From: Squalus acanthias
Lineage: Eukaryota
Length of the DNA stretch: 64,000 nucleotides
Assembly (NCBI GenBank): GCA_030390025.1
Contig: JASTWF010000367.1
Location: 1 to 64,000, forward strand
Direction of reading: 5' to 3'
Part shown: in pieces, positions 1 through 13,077 of the stretch
Position numbering within the stretch: the first letter of the stretch is position 1
Layout: every line of letters begins with the position of its first letter
Notes under the pieces: model-generated
What the model was told of the DNA's origin: nothing
Seen by the model: the letters and a program-made list of their open reading frames with translations, nothing else
Databases searched by the model: none
Program-made: the position numbers and the translations under genes

Positions 1-1530
1 AGTGAGGAATACAGCAGGAGCAGTGAGGAATACAGCAGGAGCAGTGAGGAATAGAGCAGGAGCAGTGAGGAATACAGCAGGAGCAGTGAGGAATACAGCA
101 GGAGCAGTGAGGAATAGAGCAGGAGCAGTGAGGAATACAGCAGGAGCAGTGAGGAATACAGCAGGAGCAGTGAGGAATAGAGCAGGAGCAGTGAGGAATA
201 CAGCAGGAGCAGTGAGGAATACAGCAGGAGCAGTGAGGAATACAGCAGGAGCAGTGAGGAATACAGCAGGAGCAGTGAGGAATACAGCAGGAGCAGTGAG
301 GATACAGCAGGAGCAGTGAGGAATACAGCAGGAGCAGTGAGGAATACAGCAGGAGCAGTGAGGAATACAGCAGGAGCAGTGAGGAATACAGCAGGAGCAG
401 TGAGGAATACAGCAGGAGCAGTGAGGAATACAGCAGGAGCAGTGAGGAATACAGCAGGAGCAGTGAGGAATACAGCAGGAGCAGTGAGGAATAGAGCAGG
501 AGCAGTGAGGAATACAGCAGGAGCAGTGAGGAATACAGCAGGAGCAGTGAGGAATACAGCAGGAGCAGTGAGGAATACAGCAGGAGCAGTGAGGAATACA
601 GCAGGAGCAGTGAGGAATACAGCAGGAGCAGTGAGGAATACAGCAGGAGCAGTGAGGAATACAGCAGGAGCAGTGAGGAATACAGCAGGAGCAGTGAGGA
701 ATACAGCAGGAGCAGTGAGGAATAGAGCAGGAGCAGTGAGGAATACAGCAGGAGCAGTGAGGAATAGAGCAGGAGCAGTGAGGAATACAGCAGGAGCAGT
801 GAGGAATACAGCAGGAGCAGTGAGGAATACAGCAGGAGCAGTGAGGAATAGAGCAGGAGCAGTGAGGAATACAGCAGGAGCAGTGAGGAATAGAGCAGGA
901 GCAGTGAGGAATACAGCAGGAGCAGTGAGGAATAGAGCAGGAGCAGTGAGGAATACAGCAGGAGCAGTGAGGAATACAGCAGGAGCAGTGAGGAATACAG
1001 CAGGAGCAGTGAGGAATACAGCAGGAGCAGTGAGGAATACAGCAGGAGCAGTGAGGAATACAGCAGGAGCAGTGAGGAATACAGCAGGAGCAGTGAGGAA
1101 TACAGCAGGAGCAGTGAGGAATACAGCAGGAGCAGTGAGGAATACAGCAGGAGCAGTGAGGAATACAGCAGGAGCAGTGAGGAATACAGCAGGAGCAGTG
1201 AGGAATACAGCAGGAGCAGTGAGGAATACAGCAGGAGCAGTGAGGAATACAGCAGGAGCAGTGAGGAATACAGCAGGAGCAGTGAGGAATACAGCAGGAG
1301 CAGTGAGGAATACAGCAGGAGCAGTGAGGAATACAGCAGGAGCAGTGAGGAATACAGCAGGAGCAGTGAGGATTACAGCCGGAGCAGTGAGGAATACAGC
1401 AGGAGCAGTGAGCAATAGAGCAGAGAACGGCGAGGATTACAGCCGGAGCAGTGAGGATTACAGCAGGAGCAGTGAGGAATAGAGCAGGAGCAGTGAGGAA
1501 TACAGCAGGAGCAGTGAGGAATACAGCAGA
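1..1530. repeat. 21-bp purine-rich tandem minisatellite (AGTGAGGAATACAGCAGGAGC)n, about 72 copies, runs off the window start
   Basis: Directly visible 21-nt period; recurrent AATAC/AATAG variant; one 20-nt unit near 300; decays after ~1370. Confidence 0.98.
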
Positions 1531-1599
1531 GAACAAGAACAGTTGACACAGGAGGGATCATGAAAGTCACTCCGCAGAAGGCCAAGCCTACCGCGGGTA

Positions 1600-1790
1600 T
1601 TCAGGATGCATTTCTCCTGCATTAAAGGGAACCTGTATATGTACATGAGGGAAAAGAAATAGAATGATACGCTGATAGGGTGAGATGGCACGGTGGGAGG
1701 AGGTTCTTGCAGAGCATAAACACCTGCAGAGACCTTTTCCGCTGAATTGCTTTTTTCTGTGCTATAAATTCAATGGTAATTCTATGTAAC
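1600..1790 (+). mobile_element. CR1 LINE 3' UTR fragment
   Basis: Resembles the 3' ends of other CR1 copies in the window; ends TTTCTGTGCTATAAATTCAATGGTAATTCTATGTA with a short repeated tail. Confidence 0.6.
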
Positions 1791-2640
1791 GTCACTGAGG
1801 CGCCTTCACTTCACCAGAGGGCAGTCATCGAGCTATGTCACCTGCTGCAGACACAACTCCTGCAAGGACAGCACTGCCTCTGGCCATCAAAGTCACCGTT
1901 GCCCTTAAGTTGAAAACCATGGGCTCCTTTCAGGCTGTAGCAGGTGACACCAGTGATCTATCAGAGTTAGCAGTCCACTGCTGTATCAGGGATGTCACTG
2001 AGGCTCTGTACCAGGATGAACACCTATATGTTTTTCCATAAGGAGAGAGCGAAGCAGGATGAGAGAGCACTAGGCTGCGTCCACATGACAGGCTTTCCCA
2101 GGGTTCAAGGTACCATAGACAGCCGCTACCTTGCCTTGAGTGCTCCCCATCACCAACCTGGCACGTTGATCAATCGTAAGGGAGTCCACGCCCTCAACGC
2201 AAAGTTGGTTAGCGACCACAGGCAGCACGTCATACGGACCTGTTCCCATTATCCTGGGAGCAGTCATGACTCTTTCAACCTGCACCAGTCCTCTGTGAAG
2301 CCTTTATTCAAGCCAGTCCCACAAGTTTCAGGCTGGTGCTTGTCGACAAGGACTAGTCCCTCTAGACAGGGCTCACTACTGTCAGGGACCCAAGCACAGC
2401 TGCAGATCTGGCCTACCATGAGAGCCATGCCGTCGTGAGAAACCTCACAGACCAAACAATCGAGCACTACTACTTCCCTAAGCTAGTATTCAGATTTGTG
2501 GTCGTCTGCTGCATTTTGCAAACCATTGCCATCGTGAGGAGCAACGAGAAGTACTCAAGAAACAAGTGGAGCACGAAGAGCGGAAGGAGGAGGAGAGGCA
2601 TCGATCACAGTGCCCCGAGCTGAGTCAGCTCTCAGAGATC
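1790..2640 (+). mobile_element. Degenerate PIF/Harbinger DDE transposase (HARBI1-like), frameshifted
   Basis: Peptides ALPLAIKVTVAL..GSFQ..GD, GFPRVQGTID, NRKGVHALN and YPGSSHDSF match Harbinger transposase motifs (FP..GAID, NRKG.HS.N, PGS.HD). Confidence 0.88.
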
Positions 2641-2901
2641 AGTTCATCGAAGAGCGCTTCCTCTAAATCATCACTCCCATTCCCAATACACCAAATGTCC
2701 CACAATCCTTACCACCGTGCTTACTGCCACCATCCTGTGGCCTTCCTTCAGTCCAGCCTAATGGGACCGGCCCTCACTCCGCCACAAAGATCAACACCAA
2801 CACCAAATTTACAACAATAAATACTTTCATCATAAAATCCAAGTGCATCTCAATGTAATAGTTAACAGAAATAATTAAGAATCAACTTTGTGCCAGCTCT
2901 T

Positions 2902-4154
2902 TGTCCGGAATTTTGCCGGCGCTCAGAGTGTGGGTTTGGAGGCGGGTCTGCGGTCAAAAGCACAAAGATTGGCAGCGGGTCAGTATCCCGCTGTAAACCC
3001 GCCTCCTTGTCAGTTTCCCAAGTGTCGGGTCTGTCATCCCTGAACAGACCCGACACCAAGCGGCGGGTCAGCCAATTTAAATACTTAAAAGCTTGTTAAA
3101 AGGTAGTTAAGCATCATTTCCCCATGTACTTACCATTTGACCAGGTTTTAACGAGGTTCCCGGAGAGCGGGCATCACGTCAGGTAATTATGTCGTGTTCT
3201 CAATGCCTCTCCATTGCTGAGTAGGTGACAGATGCCAAAGTGGTACAAAACCTACCATTTCACAGCTGTTCATTTCACAAACTTAGAAGCTGGAGCCTTC
3301 ATGATTTGATACCCACTTTTGTCCTTTGTGCAGTTAGGAAGTGTTTGGAGTAAACTCTCTATCCACTGTCACTTCCTTGGATCAAACTCTCTCACCATTA
3401 ACAGATCGCTTCTGTCATCTCAACTTCAGCTGCCATTTATTCCAGCAGCATCGGTACCCTTGACAAAATCTCACCTTGGTCCTCAGAATCCCACCACGAT
3501 CAGCCCCAACACCAGCAGCACCAGGCACACCAGCATCACCACCAACAACATCAACCTGCTCTGCACAGGACACAGGGCATCAGCACCCGAGCACATTGCT
3601 GCCCGGGATGGCATGGCCAGATTTACTACACTTAACACTGTACACCCTGGCTGCCACATGATGCGCCATGCTGGCACTACCACACACCAGCACCATTAAA
3701 CATCTCTACAATCTCCAAGCCATTGCATTCACACTCATCAGCATTGCAGGGTTACCGTTATATCTGGCCATTCACTGCAACTCACTAAGCCAATTCCAAA
3801 GGTGCAGACAATTCTGTCCAAGAACGCAAAGAGTTGAAAATAAAGATTTCAGTGTTTCACAGCACATCACCACAAACTTCACATGAATATTTGCTAAAGT
3901 ACCCGGAGAGAACCTTTACAAAGTGTTGGTTACTTTTTAAGTCGCGTCAGGGAGGCCCGATATCTACCACCCACCCCGGCCAAAAGAAAACACAGGCACA
4001 TAGCCAGTGAATAGTACGGGTAGCGCTAACTGCACCACTGGCTCATTACAATCAGAACAAATCATACCTGCTGCCTGAGTCAACGCTAGGAGGCATGTGC
4101 AGTGCACGCTCCATCACTGCACGCCCGTTTCAAGGCCCGATCAAATTCTAGGCC
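2902..4154. mobile_element. Internally deleted Harbinger-related DNA transposon
   Basis: 3250-3900 is clearly homologous to 15380-15990; ends GTCCGGAATTTT / AAATTCTAGGCC are weakly inverted. Confidence 0.55.
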
Positions 4155-4569
4155 ATGCAGTCTGTATGTGCAACACCACTCAAACACTGTTAGTATTTTC
4201 TGAAACAAAATTACAGCAGGAAAATTCTGAGAAGCAGAATAAATCCACTTGATCCAAACAAGTCTGTATCTGTAACAGTGAAGATCTCACCTGGCATTCT
4301 AGTCAGTGTCTCCACAAAGACATCTACTTGTCTCTCGGTCCCATTTACACTGCCCCAAATGCCCTTCCCTGTTAACTTGATCCCCTATTCTATTACCCTT
4401 TTGGTGAAATATGTTTATTCCATTAAAAAGTGGAATCCCTTCAAATTTAATACCCTGACGTCGCTTCAGTAAAATAAACTAATACCATTTCCTCGACCTT
4501 TGTTCATCTTAAATTCCGGATCCCCTTAATCATCTTTCTTAATTCCATTCCATTCCTAGTCTAATATAT

Positions 4570-7500
4570 AGAGGCCTGGCAGGGCAGCTCAGTCCCGTGG
4601 AGTTCACATCCTGTGCCATGTGGGATGTCCTGGACGCTTCAAGTAGCCTGGACGACCACGTGTGCAGGAAGTGTCACCAGCTACAGCAGCTCGAGCTCCG
4701 TGTTTCAGAGCTTGAGCGGCAGCTGGAGTCACTGCGGTGCATCCACGAGGCACAGAGTTACGTGGAGAGCACTTTTCTGAAGGTTGTCACCCCGCAGCTT
4801 AAGAGTGTGCAGGCAGAGAGGGAATGGGTGACCACCAGACAGAAGAGGAGAACAAAGCAGGTATTGCAGGAGTCCCCAGAGTGCATCTCGCTCTCCAAGC
4901 AGTATTCTGATCTGAGTACTGGTGAGGGCGATGGTTCCTCTGGGGAATGCAGCCAGAGTCAAGTGCAAGTCATCACTGGTGCTTCAGCTGCACGGTGGGG
5001 GTGGAGGGGGGCGGAAAAAGAGTGGAAGACCAATAGTGGTAGGGGATTCGATAATTAGGGGAGCAGACAGGCGTTTCTGTAGCCGTAGACGTGACCCCAG
5101 GATGTTATGTTTCCTCCCTGGTTCCAGCATCAAGGATGTCACTGAGCAGCTGCAGGACACTCTTTGGAGGGAGGGTGAACAGCCAGAGGTCGTTGTCCAT
5201 ATTGATAATAACGACATCGGCAGGAAGAGGGATGAGGTCCTGCAGGCAGAGTTTGGGGAGGTAGGAGACAGATTAAAAAGCAGGACCTCAAAGGTAGTAA
5301 TCTCCGGATTACTCCCGGTGCCACAGGCTAGTGAGTAAAGGCTTAGAAGGATAGAACAGATGAATGCGTGGCTGGAGAGATGGTGCAGGAGGGAGAGCTT
5401 TTGATTCCTGAGGCATTGGGATCGTTTCTGGGGAAGGTTGGACCTGTATAATCCGGATGGCTTAAACGTCATGGGCACTAGCACTAGCATATAGAAGTTG
5501 AAAAGAGGAAAAATATGCATGAAAGAGTGAGCGTGTTGCATAGTACTAGAGAAGAAAGTAGTACTAGAGGCGGAAGTAGTACCGTATTAGATAGGAGCAG
5601 ACTAAGAAAGTCTACGAAAAATTCAAAAATGGGTTTAGAATGCATGTACGTAAATGAACAAAGTGTGGTGAATAAGTTTTGTGAGCTACAAGCACAATTC
5701 GCCGTGTGGCAATATGATGTGGCAATGACGGAAACTTGGCACAAAAACGGTGAGCACTGGGCACTTAATATTCTAGGGTACCAGGTGTTCATAAATGATA
5801 GGGAAGGAAAAAGGGAGGTGCAGTGGCAGTGCTGATTAAGGAAGACATTGTAGTTTTGGAAAGGGAGGATGTTCTTGAGGGGACAAGGACAGAATCAATT
5901 TCTTTATAGTTGAGCAGCAAGAAGGGTATGATCACGCTATTGAGGGTATTCTATATTCCTCCAAATAGTGAGAGAGAGGTAGCGGAGAAAATCTGCAGGT
6001 AAATCGCAGAGATATGCAAGAGCTATAGAGTGGTGATATTGGGGGAATTTAATTGTCCAAATATCGATTGGGATAATGCTAGGGTAAAGGGAATGGAGGG
6101 GGTGGAATTTCTGAAATGTGTTCAGGAGAATTTCCTTGACCAGTATGTTCTTGGCCCAACTAGGAAGGAGGCATTGCTGGATCTGCTGCTGGGGAATGAG
6201 GTGGGCCAGGTCGACCAACTGTCTGTGGGAGAACACTTGGTACGAGTGATCATCGTATCATGTGTTTTATATTAGCAATGGAGAGGAGCAAGGTACAATC
6301 TAGAGTGGAACTTCTAAACTGCAATAGGGCCAAATTCAATGAGATGCGAAAGGATCTAGCCAGGGTAAAATGGAATCAAAGACTGACAGGAAAAACTGTA
6401 ACGGAGCAATGGGTGATCTTTAAGGAGGAGATGTTCCAAGTACAGGCTAGGTACATTCCAACAAGAGGGAAGGCTAAGGGAAACAAAGCAAGACGTCCTT
6501 GGATGACGCTGGAGATAGACAAGATGATGAAACAATAAAGAGGCTGTATGGCGCACGTCAGGTGAATTCTTCAAGGGAGAACTAGACGAAATACAATAAC
6601 TTGAGAGGGGAAGTGAAGATGAAAGGAGGATTGGCAGTGAGTGAATATGAGAGTAGAATGGCGGTTAACATAATAGGGAACACAAAAATCTTATACCGGC
6701 ATGTAAACAGTCAGCGGGTAGTAAGAGGCGGGGTGGGGCCTATTAGCGACAAAGAAGATGCTATATGCTTAGAGACGCAGGGCAAGGCTAAAATTCTCAA
6801 TGAGTACTTTGCACCGGTGTTTACTAAGGAGGTGGATGCTGACAAATTAACGGTAGGAGTGGAAAAGTTAGAAGCAATGGAAGGGTTGAAAATTGATAGA
6901 CAGGATGTAGTAGAATGGCTGGGTTTGCTTAGAGTGGATACGTCGCCTGGTCCAGGTGGCTTGCATCCCAGGTTGCTAAGTGAATTTGGGGAGGAGATAG
7001 CGGAAGTGCTTGCCATAATTTTCCAATCTTCCCTAGATGCGGGGGAGGTGACTGAGGATTGGAAAGTGGCAAATGTGACACCATTGTTCAAGAAAGGTTT
7101 AAGGATAAACCTTGTAACTACAGGCCGGTCATTTTAACATCAGTGATGGGTAAAGTTTTAGAAACAATAATCAAGGAAATAAATAATTGGCACTTGGAGA
7201 GATTTAGGCTAATTAAGGAGAGCCAGCACGGATTTGTAAAATGTTGATCATTTTTTACTAAACTAATTGAATTTTTTGATGAATTAACAGGGAGGATTGA
7301 TGAAGGGAATGGAGTGGATGTTGTCTACATGGATTTTAGGAAGGCGTTTGACAAAGTATCACATAGAAGGCTGGTTATAAAAATTGAGGCTCATGGAAAA
7401 GGTAGTTCAGTGGCAGCATGGATAAGGAATTGTCTTCAGGACAGAAAACAGCAAGTTGTGGTAAATGGGTGTTTTTCAGACTGGAGGATGGTAGACAGTG

Positions 7501-8502
7501 GTGTTCCCTAAGTGTCAGTGCTGGGGCCACTGCATTATATATATATCTAAATGAGCTGGATATTGGAATACAAAGTAGCATTTCTAAATTTGCTGATGAC
7601 ACCAAAATTGGGGGGGTGGTGGCAAGCTGTCAGGATGATACCAATCGAAAGCATCAGGACATAGAAAGGCTAGCCGAATAGGCAGACAAGTGGCAGATGG
7701 AATTAATGCAGAGAAGTGTGAGGTGATGCATTTTGGCAGAAGGAACAGGGAGAGGTAATGTAAACGTAATGGCACAGTTTTAAAGAGTGTGCAGGGACAG
7801 AGGGCCCTAGGAGTTAATGTGCATAGGTCCCGGAAGGTGGCGGGACATATCGAGAGAGAGGTTAACAAAGCATATGTTATCTTGGGTTTCATAAATAGAG
7901 GTATTGAGTACACAAGTAGAAAAGAAATGCTGAATTTTTATAAAGCGCTGGTGAGGCCACAACTGGAGTATTGTGCCCAATTCTGGTCAACACACTTTAG
8001 GAAGAATGTGAAGGCCCTTGAGAGGGTGCAGAGGAGATTTACCAGAATGGTTCCGGGGATCGGGGATCTTAGCTCAAGTATAGGTTGGAGAAGCTGGATT
8101 TGTTTTCATTAGAGCAAAGGAGGTTGCAGAGTGATTTGATAGAGGTGTATAGATTATGACGGGTTTGGATAGGCTAGACGGGGAAAGGCTGTTTGATGGT
8201 ACAAGGAATAGGAGATACAGATTTAAGGATTTGGGCAATAGTAAAAAGGGGGGAAGTGAGGAAAAACCTTTTTACGCAGCGGGTGGTGAGGACCTGGAAC
8301 TCGCTGCCGACGGAAGAGGTGGAAGCGACACACTCAATGTTTTCAAAAGAGACTGGATAAGCACTTGAGGGAAATAAACTTGCAGGGCTACGGGGATAGA
8401 GCGGTGGAATGGGACTGACTCGATTGCTCTGCAGAGAGCCGGCACGGACTTGATGGGCCAAATGGCCTCCTGCTGTGCCGTTATTACTCAATGACTATGA
8501 CT
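4570..8502 (+). mobile_element. Near full-length decayed CR1 LINE: ORF1 (zinc finger/leucine zipper + SGNH esterase) and ORF2 (APE endonuclease + RT)
   Basis: ORF1 peptides CRKCHQLQQLELRVSELE and IVVGDSIIRG; EN ILGEFNCPNIDW, LLDLLL; RT YMDFRKAFDKV, KFADDTK, RPQLEYCAQFW; 3' UTR ends ATGACTATGACT; many stops and frameshifts. Confidence 0.95.
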
Positions 8503-8559
8503 CATCCAATCGCAGAAAAATAATCGAATATCCTGCACTTTCTTCTCTACCCGCTCCCG

Positions 8560-9600
8560 CACAGTTACCAAGGATCTATCCTTGGCCCCCTCCAATTTAT
8601 GATCTACATTCAGCCCCTTGGCGACATCATCCGAAAACACACCGTCAGATTCAACTGAAAGAGATCCAGCTCTACCTCACCACCATCTCTCTCACGCCCT
8701 CCACTCCTCTGATGCGTCACGCAGCTTGTCCGACATCCAGTACTGGCTGAGCAAACACTTCCACCTGTTAAATATTGGGCAGACCAAAGCCATTATCTTT
8801 GGTCGTGGCCACAAACTCCGTTCCCTAGCCAGGGACTCCATCCCTCTCCCTGGCAAATGTGTGAGGCTGAACCAGACTGTTTGCAACCAATGCATCCTAT
8901 TAGATCCTGAGCTGACCTTTCGCTCCCATGCCCTCTCCATCAACAAGACCACCTACTTCCAACTCCGTAACATTCGCTGTCTGCGCCCCTGCCTCAGCCC
9001 ATCTAATGCTGAAATCCTCATCTATGCCTTTGTTATCTCCAGTCTCAATTATTCCAACATTCTAAGGCTTGTCAACCAACAACGTTCCATCCTCTGTAAA
9101 TTTGAGCTTATCCAAAACTCTGCTGTGCCTCTCGGAACTCGCACCGAGTCCCGTTCCCCCTCAACCATGTGCTCGCTGACCTAATTTGTCTCCGGTCTGG
9201 CAGAGCCCTGATTTTGAAATTATCATCCTTGTTTTCAATTCCTCCATGACCTCACCCATCTTTATCTCTGCAATCTGCTCCAGGCCTACAACCCTCCGAG
9301 ATCTCTGCAATCCTCAATTTTGAACTTTGTGCATCCCTGATTTTCACCCTTCCAATTTTGGCGGCTGTGTTCTCAGCAGCCTCGGCCCTGAACTCTGGAA
9401 TTCCCTCTCCAACCCTATCCGCCTCTACTTATCGTCTTTTCACTCGTAAAGTCTCTCTCTTTGACTAAGCTTTTGGTTACCCGTTCTAACATCTCTTTAT
9501 TTAGCTCGGTGTTTCATTTTATCTGATTACGCTTCTGCAAAGCCTCTTGGGACGTTTCTATTAAGTTAAACGGGCTATATCAATTTAAGTTGTTGTTGCT
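8560..9600 (+). mobile_element. L2-clade LINE 3' fragment
   Basis: SDIQYWLSKHFHLLNIGQTK, YFQLRNIRCLRPCLS, AFVISSLNYSN (L2 RT C-terminus); (GTT)n tail near 9590. Confidence 0.85.
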
Positions 9601-9711
9601 ATCCCATTTTTTCCTTCACAATAATATTTACATTTCCCTGTGACATGTTAACCGGAAATGTATAGAATTTCCCAAGAGCTCACCCAAGTGCTGATCAAAT
9701 AATTGGGGAAC

Positions 9712-9998
9712 ATCAGTACATTGTGATCCTGTCCCTCTCTCAGTGCTGCCCAATCAGTACAATGTGAGCCTGTCCCTCTCTCGGTGTTGCCCAATCAGTA
9801 CAATGTGAGCCTGTCCCTCTCTCAGTGTTGCCCAATCAGTACATTGTGAGTCTGTCCCTCTCTCAGTGCTGCCCAATCAGTACATTGTGAGCCTGCCCCT
9901 CTCTCAGTGCTGCCCAATCAGTACATTGCAAGCCTGTCCCTCTCTCAGTGCTGCCCAATCAGTACATTTTGAGCCGGTCCCTCTCTCAGTGCAACCCA
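9712..9998. repeat. 41-bp tandem minisatellite, about 7 copies
   Basis: Unit ATCAGTACATTGTGAGCCTGTCCCTCTCTCAGTGCTGCCCA starts at 9712, 9753, 9794, 9835, 9876, 9917, 9958. Confidence 0.97.
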
Positions 9999-10410
9999 AT
10001 TCCCCATTTGCTATTTGTACAAAAGCTCAGCTCTGCTGGGTGGGGGGTTCAGACATTTATCCATTATAACCACTGCAGCCATATAACCAGAATCACCAGT
10101 GGATTTGTAATGAGATGTCTGCAGTACATTGTGCGACAGATAGTATTCACCATCAGAGGGAACATTTCACCTTCACCCAGCTCGCCATGTTAAGTAAATA
10201 TTTGTGTCCCATGTTGATTTGAAACTTCTCTCAGAAAGTTCCTGTCAACAAAGTTTCTTATGAAATGTTGGATTTCGTTTTCTAACTGCCCTTGATTAAA
10301 ATATCGAAGTAGATCCTGTTACGTTTTACTGAAAAGCAGAGCAGTATATCTCAGCTTTCTTTGACAATATAACTAACATTGAAACCACTTTCTGTCTGTT
10401 CTAATTGAAG

Positions 10411-12148
10411 ATGTTCAACAGAAACACAAGGAAACACTCCGGGTACAAACTGAAACACTGAGAGTGAACACTATCCTAATAAAGGAGAAGGTTAAGATTT
10501 TCCAGCTGGTTGATCGATACGCTGAGCTAACGGTCATTTCTACTGTTCGAGATCGGACACTTGTAGAACATGAACTGTTGGCAAGAGGCCGAGACCATGA
10601 AGAGTGGAGAGAGAAACATCTCCAGAGAGAACTGGAAAAAATCCGAACTGATCAATTGTTCAAGAGCTGTTTTTCCCGGAGAAAATCCAATTCTGGGAGT
10701 TCAGGAGCAGTGAGCGGAGTCCCGGGGATTGGAAAAACAACAATGGTACAAAAGATTGTTCATGACTGGGCCACAGGGAAAATATACCCACACTTTCAAT
10801 TTGTTTTCAGCTTTAAATTCCGGGATTTGAACGCTATTAACTGTAGAATAAACCTGAGGAATCTGATACTGAATCTGTATCCTTACTTTGGGAATATTCT
10901 GGGAGAGCTCTGGAAGAACCCAGAGAGATTGTTGTTTATATTCGATGGTTTGGATGAATTCAAGGACAGTATCGATTTTGCTGACAATCGCAGAAATACA
11001 GAACCTCGGCACATGTGCACAGATCCCGAAGACTGGTGTGAAGTGTCTGACATTGTGTACAGTTTAATACAGCACAAGCTGCTCCCAGCATGTTCAGTGC
11101 TAGTGACCAGTCGCCCCACTGCATTACATTTATTGGAAAAGGCTGAGATTAGTGTCTGGGCTGAAATCCTGGGATTTGTTGGTGAAGAACGGAAGGAATA
11201 TTTCAACAAGTTTTTTGAAGATCAGACGGTGGCAGCAGCAGTTTTTAAACACGTGGAAGAGAACGAGATCCTGTACACCATGTGCTACAACCCTTCCTAC
11301 TGCTGGATCCTCGGTCTGTCACTGGGTCCCTTCTTTACACAAAGAGACATGAATCAGCAGCGAGTTCCCAAGACCATTACCCAACTATATTCCTACTATA
11401 TCTACAACATTCTGAAAAACCATGGCCGAGAGATTGAAAGCCCCCGTGATGTGTTACTGAAGATCGGTGAGATGGCCTTCACAGGAGTCTTCGAGAAGAA
11501 GATTGTGTTTAGAAATGGAGATTTGATCAAGTACAATCTGCAACCTTCCCAGTTCCTGTCTGGGTTCATGATGGAACTTTTGGAGAGAGATGATTCTGTC
11601 CAGAGCGTGGTGTACACATTCCCGCACCTCACCATCCAAGAGTTTGTAGCCGCACTCGCACAATTCCTGACTCCAGATCCCGTGGACATCCTGAAACTCC
11701 TCAGAGAAGCCCACAGCAAGGAAGATGGGCGATTTGAGATATTTCTCCGTTTTGTTGCTGGTCTCTCCTCCTCACAGTCAGCTCGGCCCCTGGAGGAGTT
11801 TCTGGGTCCATTTCTTCATCAAACCACCTGCCGAGTGATTGATTGGGTGAAGGAGAAGGTTGAAGGACAGATTGGAAACACAGAGAGTGAAACTGATAAA
11901 AGGAACCTCCTGAACACATTCCACTATCTGTTTGAGTCTCAGAATAAAGCACTGGCTCGGGCCACAGTGGGATCTGTGAAAACACTTACATTTCGTGGAT
12001 TGAGATTGACCCCGATTGACTGTGCGGTCATGTCTCATGTCATTGGACTCTGTGATACAATAAAAGACCTCGATCTGCATAACTGCTCCATTCAGTGTGA
12101 GGGACTCCAGCGGCTGGGACCCGTACTGCACAAATGCGTGGTTTTGGG
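10411..12148 (+). CDS. NLR-A large NACHT exon (NACHT-HD1-WHD-HD2 plus first LRR) of an NLRP3/NLRC3-like receptor
   Basis: Acceptor ttgaag|10411 (phase 1), donor GG|gtaact (phase 2); open frame with Walker A GVPGIGKTT, Walker B FIFDGLDE, sensor-1 VTSRP, FPHLTIQEF. Confidence 0.96.
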
Positions 12149-12750
12149 GTAACTGTTTATTTGTCTCTAGCTTTTGGGCGAATTGAGGAACGTCACGGAT
12201 TGTGTTGTTGCTCCGTAATGTAGGGAAACAAACAGTTCAGTTAAACCAGAGGGAAGCGGATGAAACATAAATATGACCAATAATAAGAGGATCAGTCTGT
12301 AATTCCCTAAGGACTGGAGAATCTAGAACGGACCCTTGTGAACAAGTAGGGATTTTACAGTCTTTATCGGATCAGCAAATACAGGTCACTGAAAGACTGA
12401 TAATTTAAATACAATAAATCGTATTTAATAAGGCTGGATAGCAGAATGTAAACATCAAATATAATCCAGCAGTAAAGATAAAATTACTTTAAAATATTTT
12501 CCACATCCACCATTTCAACTGGAAACAGGAGAGTAACCCGAGTTTATGTCAGGAACAGATCGATATTTACTCCAATACCGTGCAGGGTGTGTCTTGTCCA
12601 GGGGTTAGTTTCCTGGATTGGGAAATTTGGGGAATCTGGAATTCTTTCAGCTTTACATATTTACAACTATACACAGTCCTGAACATGAGTAAAGATTGTT
12701 ATTCAGGATCTTATATCTGCCGGTAAAAAGGTTCCAATCTAACGTGTTGT

Positions 12751-12913
12751 GGGGCATTATCCCCGGAGTACAGACACACACCGGCCAGCGGTGGGGCCTC
12801 GCACACAGCGGGCGGCTCCTGGGTAAACCGGGGGCAGTGAACCCGGGAATTCTCCATAATCCGCCCCCTGTGTGTGAGGCCCCGCTCGGGGAGGGAACTT
12901 CCGTAAATTCCCC
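12751..12913. mobile_element. ~160-bp palindromic MITE in an NLR-A intron
   Basis: 12793-12815 and 12861-12883 are 21/23 reverse complements; ends GGGGCATTAT / AAATTCCCC. Confidence 0.6.
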
Positions 12914-13077
12914 AAAAACTGTCGGGCCATTTACACCTGAAATAAATATAGTGCCAGTTTAAAGGGGAATAAAGTGAGAGGCTCCCTTCCCCTATAAACT
13001 AGGAGCACAGGGACATTTAAAATTGTAACGGGACAGAATAAACTCCATTACTGCTATTGAGAAACATTCACTATAAA

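Noticed and set aside
2..1482. ORFs encoding (RNTAGAV)n
   Set aside because: By-product of a stop-free 21-bp repeat; GTG starts, a frameshifting 20-nt unit and no splice or promoter context
1835..2438. Domesticated host gene HARBI1
   Set aside because: Frameshifts and altered catalytic-region motifs indicate a dead transposon copy
11402..12131. Antisense ORFs shared with 52592-53148
   Set aside because: Shadows of near-identical NACHT coding sequence; no independent evidence
10464..12152. Single-exon 562-aa protein as given in the ORF track
   Set aside because: It is an internal exon: the start is GTG, the frame extends to the acceptor at 10411, and the stop lies within the donor GTAA
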